Of a stretch of 64,000 nt of DNA, positions 9,101 to 17,935 are shown piece by piece. A program made the translations under genes and the position numbers. This stretch comes from Elusimicrobiota bacterium (GTDB lineage Bacteria > Elusimicrobiota > Elusimicrobia > UBA1565 > UBA9628): the NCBI GenBank assembly GCA_038059415.1, contig JBBTJN010000033.1, forward strand, positions 9,330 to 73,329, given 5' to 3'. The notes under the pieces are model-generated. The model saw only the letters and a program-made list of their open reading frames with translations, had not been told where the DNA came from and did no database searches. How positions within the stretch are numbered: position 1 is the stretch's first letter; every line of letters starts with the position of its first letter.

Positions 9101-9667
9101 GACGAGCATACGCACGACGCGTTGACCCGCCGCCCGGGCTCGCTGCGCGAGACGCTTGCGGGCGTCGGGGCCGCCGTTATGGCGGGACGAGAGGTCGTGC
9201 TCAATGTTCCGGTTCTTCGGCGCAACCTGCTGCGGCTAATTCCCATCGTGACCTTGGCCGCCAAACTGGGCGTGAGGCGCGTTCAATTCTGCTTTCCACG
9301 GCCGGTGGAGACGGCCGACGGCCTTCAAACGGAATTCCTCCCCCGGCTTTCCGACGCGGCCCCGCGCGTGCGCGAGGCGCTGCGCGCCGCCGCGGCGGCG
9401 GGGCTCTCGGCCTCGACGGAGGGCATCCCCTTCTGCCATCTCGACGCGCGGCAGCGGTCGGGCCCCGACTCTGATGAGCGGTGGGCGCGCTTTCGCGTCG
9501 ACGATCTCCATCGCCTCGAAGAGGCGCTGGGTCCCGCCCGGTCCGGAGCACGCCCCGAGGCGCCGGTCTGCCGCGGCTGCGGCGTCCGTGATTCGTGCCC
9601 GCGCACCTGGGCGCTTTACCTCGCGGTGTTCGGCAGTTCCGAGTTGTCGCCTCTCGCTATGACATAG
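6197..9667 (+). CDS. Giant fusion protein (1156 aa). It has an N-terminal domain of unknown function, a 2x[4Fe-4S] ferredoxin domain, a carbamoyltransferase (NodU/CmcH/TobZ/HypF-like) and a C-terminal rSAM-like TIM-barrel domain. The rSAM Cys triad of that last domain is degenerate.
   Basis: The ferredoxin domain contains CTGCGTCAEVCP and CLGCFDCVEACP. The carbamoyltransferase core (WILGLAV..., HHLSHAASAW, LAGGVALNCRMN, VVCWFQGRSEFGPRALGARSLL) matches the Kae1-like carbamoyltransferase fold. The C-terminal region is homologous to the rSAM domains in this locus but reads DCDPAHAP where they have CxxxCxxC. It ends with the CRGCGVRDSCPRTWALYLAVFGSSEL tail. Confidence 0.8.
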   Translation: MITTSWPVTDYFGTRLKPRSLVEGPARLGLRDFTLVLGDEGAILKLSGDLGSDSVARAMTWLRGRLSPFLPCRAEIGAAKPGGDFEDRRRRPTWIIALGEIFDEAKDAARVEAEVLLRLGAQARVISWRRPGGPRGVRPARIVAASLEPRALAWLESAMAEDEEAAPADADMLLDGLEWGVARRPTIARASAAGEAAPILVDPARCTGCGTCAEVCPTRSMALRGTFAPGGVERCLGCFDCVEACPQDALRPRYGDSSATTARSLAGRPGWLSRLRGAPGPVLPALFPPSYLLPKPEPQAKPKWILGLAVTTRQEHAAALLEDGSVAGAVEEERLSRVRHHGYAPKGRPGSTLASDPTVCLEEVLCRRAVGALLLERSLTLDDMDVIAVNGIPARYRGAYSAHEAGKTIPVLRVGRVVYVPHHLSHAASAWRVSGQKDSWVLSVDGRGDRETAAVFRGRRGRLRQIGEILSLTDRSIGGVYETVTRLLGFGSHGQGSVMALASFGKSRFDLTRYLSRRARGAYSIHEWGIGERFKSLARASGAPLKSGHKNMAASLQAALEKIVLAILKDAGVPRDASGLCLAGGVALNCRMNELIRRTFKPRAMFVQPAANDAGTALGAALEAAAIVGMPAARALEHAGLGPAFTEDEARTALEHAGLGYTRPASVARETAALLVKGDVVCWFQGRSEFGPRALGARSLLADPRRADMRARVNRLKERESWRPFGPSILAGHEKEWFEDGFDSRFMLFARKLKRGRAARVPAVAHVDATSRPQSVHAAASPLYHELLTAFHEMTGVPMVLNTSFNRGGEPIVCSPHDAVDCFLGMAEAGALILGPFVARREPARRDIDAVALPSLPGGRRLMLRLTARDDCDPAHAPIADIAHLGDRTFEDAVRAMDAGRKASCSELVIMRGEATLRPDLEELLRRARAMGYGFIQIQTSGRSLARAGIRARLLPLVDAFEITLFAADEHTHDALTRRPGSLRETLAGVGAAVMAGREVVLNVPVLRRNLLRLIPIVTLAAKLGVRRVQFCFPRPVETADGLQTEFLPRLSDAAPRVREALRAAAAAGLSASTEGIPFCHLDARQRSGPDSDERWARFRVDDLHRLEEALGPARSGARPEAPVCRGCGVRDSCPRTWALYLAVFGSSELSPLAMT

Positions 9668-9685
9668 ATCATAGACGAACGGGGT

Positions 9686-10789
9686 TTGAGGAGGTCTAAT
9701 TACGCTGTGATCATCAAACTCCTCCTGGCGTCTCTGTTCATAAGTCCCACCTCCGCTGTCGCGGTTGATTCCCCGCGGGGAGAAAGCCTCACCAGCACGG
9801 CTCGCGTGAGCGCCAATCAACGGATTTCCGAGCGCTGCCGGAGGCCGTTGTTCAGCGTCGATGAAATTCTAGCCGACGCGAATCTTCGCTCAGATATGGC
9901 GACCTGCGCCTGCACTGAGGGGGCAGACCCTAATGACTATGTCGCGTGCCGCGCTCTGCAGGGAGCGTCCGACGGATGCGAGTCGCTTGAGCATTTCGGC
10001 AAAAAACGCGCGAATGTGTGCCGGATTGCAGTGCTGACGGACCTCCTTTTGTATCAGATTTGGCGCGACGGCGACGCGCCCACCGCATGCCGGAAACTGA
10101 TGGAGGTCGAAGGCGTGCGAGGGCCTTCCCTGGAGAAAGGCTGCGCCGCTTTGATCCGGGGAGTTCGCGGCATAGACGTTGCGGCGTCCTGCGTGGTGCT
10201 CAAGAGGGAATTCCCATTCGACTCCCAGGAACAGTGCGAACCCTTACTGAAGGCATGGTCCGGAGAGATTAGCGCCTGCAAGGGGGGGAACAAGGATTAC
10301 CTGCGCTCCTGCCGCGCGCAAGCGGCTTTGGTGGCCGGTCTGCGCGATCCCGCCCGGTGCGCGGCTTCGCCCTCGTGCCAGGCGCTTATTGCGAAGTCGC
10401 CGGGAGCGTGCGATGGCTTGCGCGAGCAAGTCTCCCGCGCGCTCTGCGCAGGCGTCGCCAAGAATCTCGCCGCCGAGCAACAGCGTTTGGCTCAGGAAAT
10501 ACGCAAAGAGGACATACGCAAAGCGGAAATGCGCCAAGAGGAAATGCGCCAAGCGGAAATACGCAGTCGAAAGGAACTGCAGAAGAAAATTGCGGACGAG
10601 GCTGCGGCGCGGGCCGCAGCCGCAGCCAAGATTGCCAAGGAGAAGCCGCAGTTCCGCAAGGGTGAGCCGATGGAGACGACCGACCCTCATGTTTTGGAGA
10701 GAATAAAAGCGATCGAAGAAGGCCGTCCCATTCCCATTCCCAAACCTGAGCCCAAGATGGGAACCGAGAAGGCCCCGGACGAGGAGTAA
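9686..10789 (+). CDS. Secreted Cys-rich protein with a C-terminal coiled-coil repeat region.
   Basis: The signal peptide is MRRSNYAVIIKLLLASLFISPTSAVA. There are more than 20 Cys, and the EIRKEDIRKAEMRQEEMRQAEIR repeats are encoded by 15-nt tandem repeats. Confidence 0.45.
   Translation: MRRSNYAVIIKLLLASLFISPTSAVAVDSPRGESLTSTARVSANQRISERCRRPLFSVDEILADANLRSDMATCACTEGADPNDYVACRALQGASDGCESLEHFGKKRANVCRIAVLTDLLLYQIWRDGDAPTACRKLMEVEGVRGPSLEKGCAALIRGVRGIDVAASCVVLKREFPFDSQEQCEPLLKAWSGEISACKGGNKDYLRSCRAQAALVAGLRDPARCAASPSCQALIAKSPGACDGLREQVSRALCAGVAKNLAAEQQRLAQEIRKEDIRKAEMRQEEMRQAEIRSRKELQKKIADEAAARAAAAAKIAKEKPQFRKGEPMETTDPHVLERIKAIEEGRPIPIPKPEPKMGTEKAPDEE
10496..10570 (+). repeat. Five tandem 15-nt repeats (GAAATMCGCMAAGMG) encoding E-I/M-R-K/Q-E/A pentads.
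   Basis: Read directly from the sequence: gaaatacgcaaagag / gacatacgcaaagcg / gaaatgcgccaagag / gaaatgcgccaagcg / gaaatacgcagtcga. Confidence 0.6.
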
Positions 10790-10796
10790 ATAGGGT

Positions 10797-10813
10797 TTGG
10801 CTGCAGTGTTGCG
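10797..10813 (+). promoter_or_regulatory. Candidate sigma-54 promoter TGGCTGcagtgTTGCG (-24 GG / -12 GC) upstream of the regulator and hxs genes.
   Basis: It matches TGGCAC-N5-TTGC with correct GG/GC spacing, and the GC lies 12 nt before the ATG at 10825. Coordinates are +/-2. Confidence 0.45.
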
Positions 10814-10824
10814 AAGAGGGACTT

Positions 10825-11118
10825 GTGCCCAGAACTCGTTGCTCTTTCCAGCCCATCGACAGCGATGCGGCGCGCCTGCTCAAACTGCTGGGCGCCAGGC
10901 GTATGGCTGCAATTCAGGCCGCCTTGGGCGGCAGGCGGATTTGGATTCCCAAGAGCGGCATCAACCCGCGTTGCGCCGTCTGCGGCCTTCGCGATGAGTG
11001 CATACGCGCTTGGCGAAGACAGGGCATGAGCGTCGCGCGCATCGCCAAACGTGTTGGAATATCGGCGAAGACGGTCTACCGCGTCCTCAGCGGCAGTTTC
11101 GCGCCGAGACCGGGATGA
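10825..11118 (+). CDS. Small Mor/C-family-like transcriptional activator with a C-terminal HTH.
   Basis: 97 aa. GRRIWIPK is followed by the C-terminal MSVARIAKRVGISAKTVYRVLSG helix-turn-helix, which is the Mor-like architecture. It lies immediately upstream of hxsD. Confidence 0.4.
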   Translation: MPRTRCSFQPIDSDAARLLKLLGARRMAAIQAALGGRRIWIPKSGINPRCAVCGLRDECIRAWRRQGMSVARIAKRVGISAKTVYRVLSGSFAPRPG

Positions 11119-11217
11119 TTCTCATCTATGGCATAAAATAGAATGGCCGGGACGAGGTTAAGCCGCTACCATAAGCACAGTCTCCCTGCTTTTCGACTTT
11201 CACTCCAAGAGGAACCC

Positions 11218-11865
11218 ATGAGCGCATGCGACCAAGCCGAAATAGCCTTTGATCTCGACGAGAAGCTATACCCTCTCGAGGCCGTCCAGAACGCAATCTA
11301 CGTCTTCACCGACCGCGCTTATGTGCGTGTTGAGCGCTGCGCGCCGGAACGACTCCAGGTCGTCATGACGCTCAAGGCGGGGGCTGCGCCGTCCGCTCAG
11401 AGCGCGTTGAAGGGGGAGTTCGACAACGAGCTCATTCACCAGATTCTCCGTCAGCGCGTCTCAGATTCCAACCAGAAGATCCGCGAGTACATCGTGACCA
11501 AGGCGCTGGTCTCGGCCCTGCCGTCCTCACCAGCGGCCGGATCGTCGCCGGTCGCCGCGCCTGGCGAAGCGCCCTGTCCGGAATGCGTCGAGGCGGAGGG
11601 GGCGCCACCCGCGCCGCCGCAGATCGACGCGGCCCTGGAGAAGGAAATCGACCGGCTCCTGGCCGAGATCGAGAGCGGCGACGGCGCGGCCGATCCCTTG
11701 GGCGTGTCCGTTCCTTGGGAAGAGGCGTTCGGTGCCAAAAGCGGAAGTCCGAAGAAGACAATCTCCGTTCCAGACAAGACAAAGGCTCCCGCCAAGGCGA
11801 CGGTTTCCTCCAAGTCTCGGGCGTCCGCGAGGGTGAAGGCGCCCGCCAAAGAGAAGCGTTCATGA
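11218..11865 (+). CDS. hxsD: HxsD-like protein of the His-Xaa-Ser system, with an extended Pro/Ala/Lys-rich tail.
   Basis: The position is right: immediately upstream of, and overlapping, the HxsB rSAM. The conserved core FDNELIHQILRQ resembles the LLNDYxLRE signature of HxsD. An AAGAGGAA RBS precedes the internal ATG at 11218. Confidence 0.5.
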   Translation: MSACDQAEIAFDLDEKLYPLEAVQNAIYVFTDRAYVRVERCAPERLQVVMTLKAGAAPSAQSALKGEFDNELIHQILRQRVSDSNQKIREYIVTKALVSALPSSPAAGSSPVAAPGEAPCPECVEAEGAPPAPPQIDAALEKEIDRLLAEIESGDGAADPLGVSVPWEEAFGAKSGSPKKTISVPDKTKAPAKATVSSKSRASARVKAPAKEKRS

Positions 11866-13358
11866 GCATCGCCAGGGCCGTCGACATCCCCGTCCTCAAC
11901 CCCGTCAAGACGGGCCCTTTCCGTTTTCGCAAGGTGTCAGGAAAGATGCTGATCACCAACGACTTGGGCCGTCACCATCTTCTTGATGACGCGCAGTTCC
12001 GGCAATTCGTCACCGGGGAGCTCAGGCCGGGCGATGTCCTGTACGAGAGGCTCAAGGTCGACGGCTTCATCCGCGACCAGATAGATTTCGACGCCGTGGC
12101 CGGCGTGTGGGCGCGGCGCAATAAGTTCCTCTGGCACGGCCCGGGCCTCCATGTGATCGTGACGACGCTGCGCTGCAACCACCGCTGCCTCTATTGCCAC
12201 GCCAGCGCGCTCGGCATGGCCGACGCCTCCACGGACATGACCGAGGAGACCGCGCGCAAGGTCGTCGACCGCATTTTTGAAAGCCCCAGCTCCGCGATCA
12301 CCATCGAATTCCAGGGCGGCGAACCGCTGGCGAACTGGCCCGTGGTCAAGTTCGTCGTCGAGTACGCGACCGAGAAGAACAAAATCGCGGGAAAGAGCCT
12401 CTGGCTGAACCTCGTCACGAACTTGAGCCTCATGGACGACGAGAAGCTTGATTGGCTGCTCAAGCGCGGCGTGAACTTCTGCACGTCCATCGACGGGCCG
12501 GCCGCCCTTCATGACCGCAACCGCCCCTGGAGCAAGGGGGCCAGCCACGCCGAGACGGTCAAGTGGTTCAAGAAGATCAATGCAAAGACTCGGAACAAGA
12601 TGTTCCGCATCGACGCGCTGTTGACGGTGACGCGCCTGTCGCTGAGCCAGCCGCGAGAGATCGTGGACGAATATGTTGCGCTTGGCTCGCGCGGCGTGTT
12701 TCTCCGGCCTCTGAATCCCTACGGGATGGCTGTGGCCACTTGGAACAAGATCGGCTACGGTCCGGAAGAGTTCTTGGTCTTTTACGCGAAGGCCCTCGAC
12801 CGGGTACTTGAGGTCAACAAGAAGAGAGGTCTGCGACAGCCTTTTTTTGAGCAAACGGCGCGTCTCTATTTGGCCAAGATCCTGACCGACGACGACCCGA
12901 ACTACCTAGACCTGCGCTCTCCTTGCGGGGCGGGCATAGGTCAGATGGCCTACAACTGGGACGGCTCCGTCTTCACCTGCGACGAGGGCCGCATGCTCAA
13001 CCGGATGGGCGACGATACCTTCCTCATCGGCAAGGTCGGGGAAGGCACCTATGCTGAGTCGGTCGGGCATCCCGTCGTCCGGGCGCTGGCAATCGCCTCC
13101 AACCTCGACAATCAAGTCGAGTGCTCTAAATGCGTCTACAAGCCCTACTGCGGCATTTGCCCAGTCCAATGCTACAAGGACCAAGGCGATATTACTGGAC
13201 GCATGCCGACCAACTCCCGCTGCAAGATCAGCATGGGCATCCTCGACCTCCTGTTCGAGCGCCTTCAGGACAAGCGTAACGAGCGTATCTTCCGATCTTG
13301 GTTGAAAAAGAGGAAGGGCGAGAATGAAAAAGTCGCCGCGCTCTACCAGCGCGGTTAA
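11862..13358 (+). CDS. hxsB: His-Xaa-Ser system radical SAM/SPASM maturase, HxsB-like.
   Basis: The rSAM motif is CNHRCLYC. The C-terminal SPASM domain carries CGAGIG...FTCDEG and CSKCVYKPYCGICPVQC. It sits immediately upstream of the His-Gly/Ala-Ser repeat precursor. Its start ATG overlaps the hxsD stop (ATGA). Confidence 0.8.
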   Translation: MSIARAVDIPVLNPVKTGPFRFRKVSGKMLITNDLGRHHLLDDAQFRQFVTGELRPGDVLYERLKVDGFIRDQIDFDAVAGVWARRNKFLWHGPGLHVIVTTLRCNHRCLYCHASALGMADASTDMTEETARKVVDRIFESPSSAITIEFQGGEPLANWPVVKFVVEYATEKNKIAGKSLWLNLVTNLSLMDDEKLDWLLKRGVNFCTSIDGPAALHDRNRPWSKGASHAETVKWFKKINAKTRNKMFRIDALLTVTRLSLSQPREIVDEYVALGSRGVFLRPLNPYGMAVATWNKIGYGPEEFLVFYAKALDRVLEVNKKRGLRQPFFEQTARLYLAKILTDDDPNYLDLRSPCGAGIGQMAYNWDGSVFTCDEGRMLNRMGDDTFLIGKVGEGTYAESVGHPVVRALAIASNLDNQVECSKCVYKPYCGICPVQCYKDQGDITGRMPTNSRCKISMGILDLLFERLQDKRNERIFRSWLKKRKGENEKVAALYQRG

Positions 13359-13370
13359 GAGGATCGTGAA

Positions 13371-13823
13371 ATGGATGACATGGACAAGAAGAAGGACGCT
13401 TCCAAAGGGGAATTCGTTCCGCGAGTCGCCAAGGACCTCTCCCGTTTTTTGACCAGCGAGGAGGGTAAGATTCTTAAAAAAGACGTGCTCAAGGCGGCGG
13501 CGGTTCTGGGCATCATCGGGGCGGCCATCATGCGCGCGGAGGATCTGCTTGCGCAGTCTCACACCAACGCGATCCACAACTCCGGAAACGCCCCGGCCCG
13601 GCATAGCAGCCACAGCTCTCACGCCAGCCATGCGTCTCACGGCAGCCACGGCAGCCACGGCAGCCACGGCTCGCACGGGAGCCACGGCTCACATGGGAGC
13701 CACGGCTCGCACGGGAGCCACGGCTCGCACGGGAGCCACGGCTCCCACGCCTCGCACGGCTCCCACGGATCCCACGGATCCCACGGATCCCACGGTTCAC
13801 ATGGCAGTCACGGGCAATGGTGA
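13371..13823 (+). CDS. hxsA: His-Xaa-Ser repeat precursor protein, HxsA-like.
   Basis: 150 aa. It has an N-terminal region with a hydrophobic helix ([16 protein letters not shown]). The C-terminus is (H-S/G/A-S)n, about 25 tripeptide repeats, [20 protein letters not shown]...GSHGQW. Confidence 0.8.
   Translation: MDDMDKKKDASKGEFVPRVAKDLSRFLTSEEGKILKKDVLKAAAVLGIIGAAIMRAEDLLAQSHTNAIHNSGNAPARHSSHSSHASHASHGSHGSHGSHGSHGSHGSHGSHGSHGSHGSHGSHGSHASHGSHGSHGSHGSHGSHGSHGQW
13602..13811 (+). repeat. About 23-25 tandem 9-nt repeats (CAC GGN AGC and variants) encoding His-Gly/Ala-Ser.
   Basis: Directly visible as cacggcagccacggcagccacggctcgcacgggagc... Boundaries are approximate. Confidence 0.85.
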
Positions 13824-15720
13824 GGCCAGCCGCCAACGACGCGCCGGCCTGATACGTCTGGCGCGGACCGCAGCGAAGGCGGTCCGCGACGCGGGGGTGG
13901 TCCCGGCGCGAGCATGCATTCGTGTCGATCCCTCCGTTGACGCACCCGTCTGCGTGTGGAGGGCCCTGCCGAGGGCCGGACGAGCCGCAGAATTCCTGGT
14001 GCCGCCGCCTTTGCTCGATGCGGACGCCGGTCCGCGCCTCGCGGGTCTGCTTTCGGTCGCTCTGGCGCGGGCGGGAAACGGATCGTCATACCCCGCTTTA
14101 CCGACCGCTGCCGCCGTGCAGGTTCTCCTTTTTCGCAGCCTTCTCGAGGCGCCGGGCAAGGAAGGAGCGGATCGTCTCAACCAGGGGACATTGTATCTCG
14201 CCTCGGCGTTGCGCGCGGCCGGAGCGGAGGTCGTCCTTTCCGACGCCAAGGTCTCCCGCTTCGCTCGCGAGCCGCGAGAACGAGAGGACCTCGCCCGCCT
14301 GCTCAAAGCCAATCCGGACATCACCTTGGTCGCGCTGAGCCTGTACGATGCCTACTTCGAGGATGCCGCAGCCCTGGTGAGCTTCTTGCGCGAACGCACG
14401 AGAGCCCGGATCGCGATCGGGGCGCTCATGCCCACCCGCGACCCGGAGTCCGCCCTCCTTCATCTGCCGGGCGTCGACTTCGTCTGTCGGGGAGCCGGCG
14501 AGGAGATCCTTCCACGGTTGGCCGCGTTAGCCTCCGTTTGTCCGAGGAGCGCCTTCGACGAGGCCGCCCAAGGGGCGCTGCTCGCCATGGACGGCGTGCT
14601 GGCCGTCGACGACGGGCGTTCGTCCTATTGGGCAGGGGCCGAGGACATCCTGCGCGTCCCCGATCTCGATGCCTCGGCTCTCGACTTCTCGTTCGTGGAA
14701 CGCCGCGACGTTCAATCAGGGCCGACGTTCTGCCTCTCGAGGGGCTGCGGGAGCGCCTGCCACTTCTGCACCTCCCCGGATCAAGGACGCTTTCACGGCA
14801 AGAGCGCCGTCGAGGTCGGGCGGGTGCTGGCCGGGTATGGACGCCGGCTCAAGGAGCTTTATGGGTCCTGGAGCGCGGCTCCGGACGACGCCTTCGCAAT
14901 TGGATTTTATGACGACGACTTCCTGTCCGACGCGCCGCGGGCGTTGGCCGTTTTTGACGTCGTGCGCCGTTCGCCTTTCCATCTGCGCTTTCTACAGGCG
15001 AGCATTCGAGCTTTCTTCCGGCGCGGCAAGGGCGGCGCGATTGGGGGCCTCGACGAGAGCCTGCTTGATGCGCTGTCGCCGGAACTCTTCGTGCCGAAGC
15101 TCGGGCGAGGAAAAGCCTCCCGTGGTCCCCAGCTCTATCTGGGCACCGAGAGCTTCTGCGACGCGGAGCTAGCGCGCCTGGGCAAGGGTTATGGCGTGGC
15201 ACAGGTGGAGGACGTGGTCCGAGCCCTCTCGCGACGGGGATTGAGCCAAGCCCACCACTTTATCGCGACGAACGCCCGTACCCGCCCCGAGGATGTGCTC
15301 GATAGCCTCGGGCGCATCGTGCGCCTGCGCGATGAGTGCGGCATGGATTTCGGCGTGCTCGAGCCCGTAATCTCCCATCTCGTCTCCTTCCCCGGGACCG
15401 CAAGCCTGCGCGCGCTTCAGCGCGAGAGGCTGGATGCGTGCGTCGAGTCGCGCGGCGTCCTGGCCGTTGCGGGCTTCCCGGAATTCGATTATCCTCTCAC
15501 CGTCCGGGAGGTGCCCGCCGACGCAGACGTCGCGGCTTGGGTGGAGCGGCTGAAAATGAAGGGCGCCGGGTTGGATTGGGAGAACGAGTTCGAGGGATTG
15601 CTGTTTGAATGGCTCCTGCTCAGTGAGAGCCTCAGCGCGCGCGGCGCGCAACCCGAGCGCGCCGCGAATCTTCGCCGTGCCGTGGACGCGCAGGCGGGCC
15701 TCATGGGGACGGCACCATGA
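13801..15720 (+). CDS. B12-binding-domain radical SAM protein (class B-like) with an N-terminal extension. The start is uncertain.
   Basis: A Rossmann-like B12-binding region (VQVLLFRS...[13 protein letters not shown]...) is followed by CGSACHFC (CxxxCxxC) and a GTESFCD GxES-type motif. The track ORF starts at 13549 inside hxsA. An ATG at 13801 overlaps the hxsA end. Confidence 0.55.
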   Translation: MAVTGNGEASRQRRAGLIRLARTAAKAVRDAGVVPARACIRVDPSVDAPVCVWRALPRAGRAAEFLVPPPLLDADAGPRLAGLLSVALARAGNGSSYPALPTAAAVQVLLFRSLLEAPGKEGADRLNQGTLYLASALRAAGAEVVLSDAKVSRFAREPREREDLARLLKANPDITLVALSLYDAYFEDAAALVSFLRERTRARIAIGALMPTRDPESALLHLPGVDFVCRGAGEEILPRLAALASVCPRSAFDEAAQGALLAMDGVLAVDDGRSSYWAGAEDILRVPDLDASALDFSFVERRDVQSGPTFCLSRGCGSACHFCTSPDQGRFHGKSAVEVGRVLAGYGRRLKELYGSWSAAPDDAFAIGFYDDDFLSDAPRALAVFDVVRRSPFHLRFLQASIRAFFRRGKGGAIGGLDESLLDALSPELFVPKLGRGKASRGPQLYLGTESFCDAELARLGKGYGVAQVEDVVRALSRRGLSQAHHFIATNARTRPEDVLDSLGRIVRLRDECGMDFGVLEPVISHLVSFPGTASLRALQRERLDACVESRGVLAVAGFPEFDYPLTVREVPADADVAAWVERLKMKGAGLDWENEFEGLLFEWLLLSESLSARGAQPERAANLRRAVDAQAGLMGTAP

Positions 15721-16721
15721 GCCGCCATCGAAGCCTGAAGGCTAATCTTCAGCTGTTCGTGACCAGACGCTGCCAGCTGCGCTGCCGCTACTGCCCTATC
15801 CTGAAGGGGGAGTCCATCATGCCGCTGTCGACCGCGCTCAGGGGCGCCGACCTGCTCCTGGGGCACGGCTCCTCGCGTTTGCGCCTTGACTTCGGCGGAG
15901 GGGAGCCGTTGCTGAACTTCGACGTGGTGCGAGAGGTCTCGGACTACGCCCTGCGCCGCGCCAAGAACCTGGGCAAGGACCTGCGCTTCTACATGGTCAC
16001 CAACGGCGTCCTGATCGACGATGCTTTCCTGGAGTGGGCGCGCGACCGGAAGGTTCTTTTGGAATTCAGCATGGACGGAACGCGCGAGGACCATAACCGC
16101 TACAAGTCCGCCTACGACCGCGGGCTCGATCCTTACGCTGCCACGCGCGCGGGGGTGGAGCGCGCACAGCGCTCCGGGATCGCGCATTTCGTCATCATGG
16201 TGGCCAGCCCGGCCAATGCGAGCCGCCTCGCGGAGAATTTCGAGCATCTCTTCGACATCGGCGTGCGGCGCGTGGACCTGAGCTACGCCGTCGGCGGCGT
16301 CTGGTCCGCGCAGGATGAGGCGGTCTACTTCGAGCAGGTGTCGCGCGTCCTGACCCGCCACGCCCGCGCGCTCGACTCCGGCGAGATCCATCTCGGCAAC
16401 GCGCGTCAGCGTCTCGAGCCGACCATCCTTAACAGCGAGCTGATGGTGGATCCCGACGGATCGCTGCATCAGATGAGTGAGTGGATGTTCGAAACGACTC
16501 CTGCGAAGACGACACCGCCGTTCCCCGTGGGTACGCTCGACACCGTCAAGAACATCAACGTCCTGCGCTGGAGCCGATTCCATTCCTACTACACCCTCGC
16601 GAAAATGCACGAGGGCAATTCGGAGGTTCAGGCGGCTCTGCTCAACAACATCTCCTTCGGACTGCGCGTCGGCAAGTTCTTCCGCGCGGCCGTGGGGCGC
16701 TTAGGGAAGGTGCCCGCGTGA
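15717..16721 (+). CDS. Radical SAM protein, a candidate HxsC-type partner maturase.
   Basis: The motif is CQLRCRYC and the glycine-rich motif is GGGEPLL. The C-terminal LNSELMVDPDG segment is shared with paralogs at 16718 and 20108. Confidence 0.7.
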   Translation: MSRHRSLKANLQLFVTRRCQLRCRYCPILKGESIMPLSTALRGADLLLGHGSSRLRLDFGGGEPLLNFDVVREVSDYALRRAKNLGKDLRFYMVTNGVLIDDAFLEWARDRKVLLEFSMDGTREDHNRYKSAYDRGLDPYAATRAGVERAQRSGIAHFVIMVASPANASRLAENFEHLFDIGVRRVDLSYAVGGVWSAQDEAVYFEQVSRVLTRHARALDSGEIHLGNARQRLEPTILNSELMVDPDGSLHQMSEWMFETTPAKTTPPFPVGTLDTVKNINVLRWSRFHSYYTLAKMHEGNSEVQAALLNNISFGLRVGKFFRAAVGRLGKVPA

Positions 16722-17935
16722 GGAGTCTCTACGAAGCCTCGATGGCTCGCGCCGAGCGCGCGCTCCTCAACGCGGACAAGGACGGCGGCGTTTGCGCGCG
16801 CCGGACCTTGGCGGCCCTCGACGCGGCTCTTTTCGAGGCCTTGCGCCGGGCCGAGTCCGCTCCGGATGGCTGCGCCCGCGCCGCGCGCCGCGCCGAGCTC
16901 AGGGGCTGGGCCTTCTACCGGCGTCGCCTGCTCAGCCGCCTCATTAAGACCGGATTGCGACCCAACGGCGACCACCTGCGGGCGCTTTTCTCGGGCTCGG
17001 GGAGCGACCGGCTGATCCTGCTCGTCACCCACGCCTGCCAGCTGCGCTGCGCGTATTGCCGCGTTCGCAAGTATGGCGCGACGATGGATGCCGAAACGGC
17101 GGATGCCGGGGTGCGCTGGCTGATGAGCTCGCTGCGTCGGGACGTGGAGCTTCAGTTCTTCGGGGGCGAGCCGCTCCTGGCCCTGCCCATCCTGCGTCGC
17201 GCGGTCGCCCTTGCAGAAACCTCGGCCCGAAACGCAGGGAAAAGCGTGCGCTTTCTGTTGACGACCAACGGCCTGGCGCTTGATGAAAAGGCGATTTCTT
17301 TCTTGCGGGAGCATCACTTCACCGTGGAGGTGAGCTGCGACGCAACGATGAGCGCCCAGGACGCCCAACGCCCGATGGCGAAGGGTACGAGTTCGTGGTC
17401 TGCGCTGCGTTCCGGTATGGAGCGCCTGCGGCGGGCCGAGATTCCCCATCAGGTCATCGCCGTGGTGCTCCCGGAAGACGCGGCTTGCGCGCACGAGCGC
17501 GTCGCGGCTCTGGCGGAGATGGGCCACCGGCGCATTCAGATCAACTATGCTCTCGGCCGCCACTGGACCGATGACCAGGCAGCTGCCTTGCGCGAGTCCA
17601 TGGACCGCGCCGCAGCCGCCTCCAAGCGCCTGGGAGTCGAACTGGTCAACCTAACCGTGAAGCGCCGCGAGCCGGTAGTGCTCAACAGCGAACTTACGGT
17701 GGACTGCGACGGGACGGTGTTCCGCGAAACCGGGGTGTGCCTGGAGGAGGATTTCCAGGAGATGAAGAAGCGCTTTCGGGTGGCCGACATTAGGAATGCC
17801 GGGCTCTTCGAAACCTACGGGGCCACGCCCTTCGACAACTTCGCCATCCTCGCCTCGGCGTACGGCCGCGGAGAGATGCGCAGCATCTTGCTCAGCAATC
17901 TCGAGCTTGGACGTTCGTTTGCGAGGGCGAAGTGA
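16718..17935 (+). CDS. Radical SAM protein, paralog of the 15717 gene.
   Basis: The motifs are CQLRCAYC and FGGEPLL, and LNSELTVDCDG is shared. The GTG at 16718 overlaps the upstream stop (GTGA). An alternative ATG lies at 16745. Confidence 0.65.
   Translation: MRSLYEASMARAERALLNADKDGGVCARRTLAALDAALFEALRRAESAPDGCARAARRAELRGWAFYRRRLLSRLIKTGLRPNGDHLRALFSGSGSDRLILLVTHACQLRCAYCRVRKYGATMDAETADAGVRWLMSSLRRDVELQFFGGEPLLALPILRRAVALAETSARNAGKSVRFLLTTNGLALDEKAISFLREHHFTVEVSCDATMSAQDAQRPMAKGTSSWSALRSGMERLRRAEIPHQVIAVVLPEDAACAHERVAALAEMGHRRIQINYALGRHWTDDQAAALRESMDRAAAASKRLGVELVNLTVKRREPVVLNSELTVDCDGTVFRETGVCLEEDFQEMKKRFRVADIRNAGLFETYGATPFDNFAILASAYGRGEMRSILLSNLELGRSFARAK

Noticed and set aside
13602-13811. 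The 9-nt tandem array as a CRISPR-like or minisatellite non-coding repeat.
   Set aside because: It is in-frame coding sequence of the HxsA precursor (His-Gly/Ala-Ser). There are no spacers and no cas genes.
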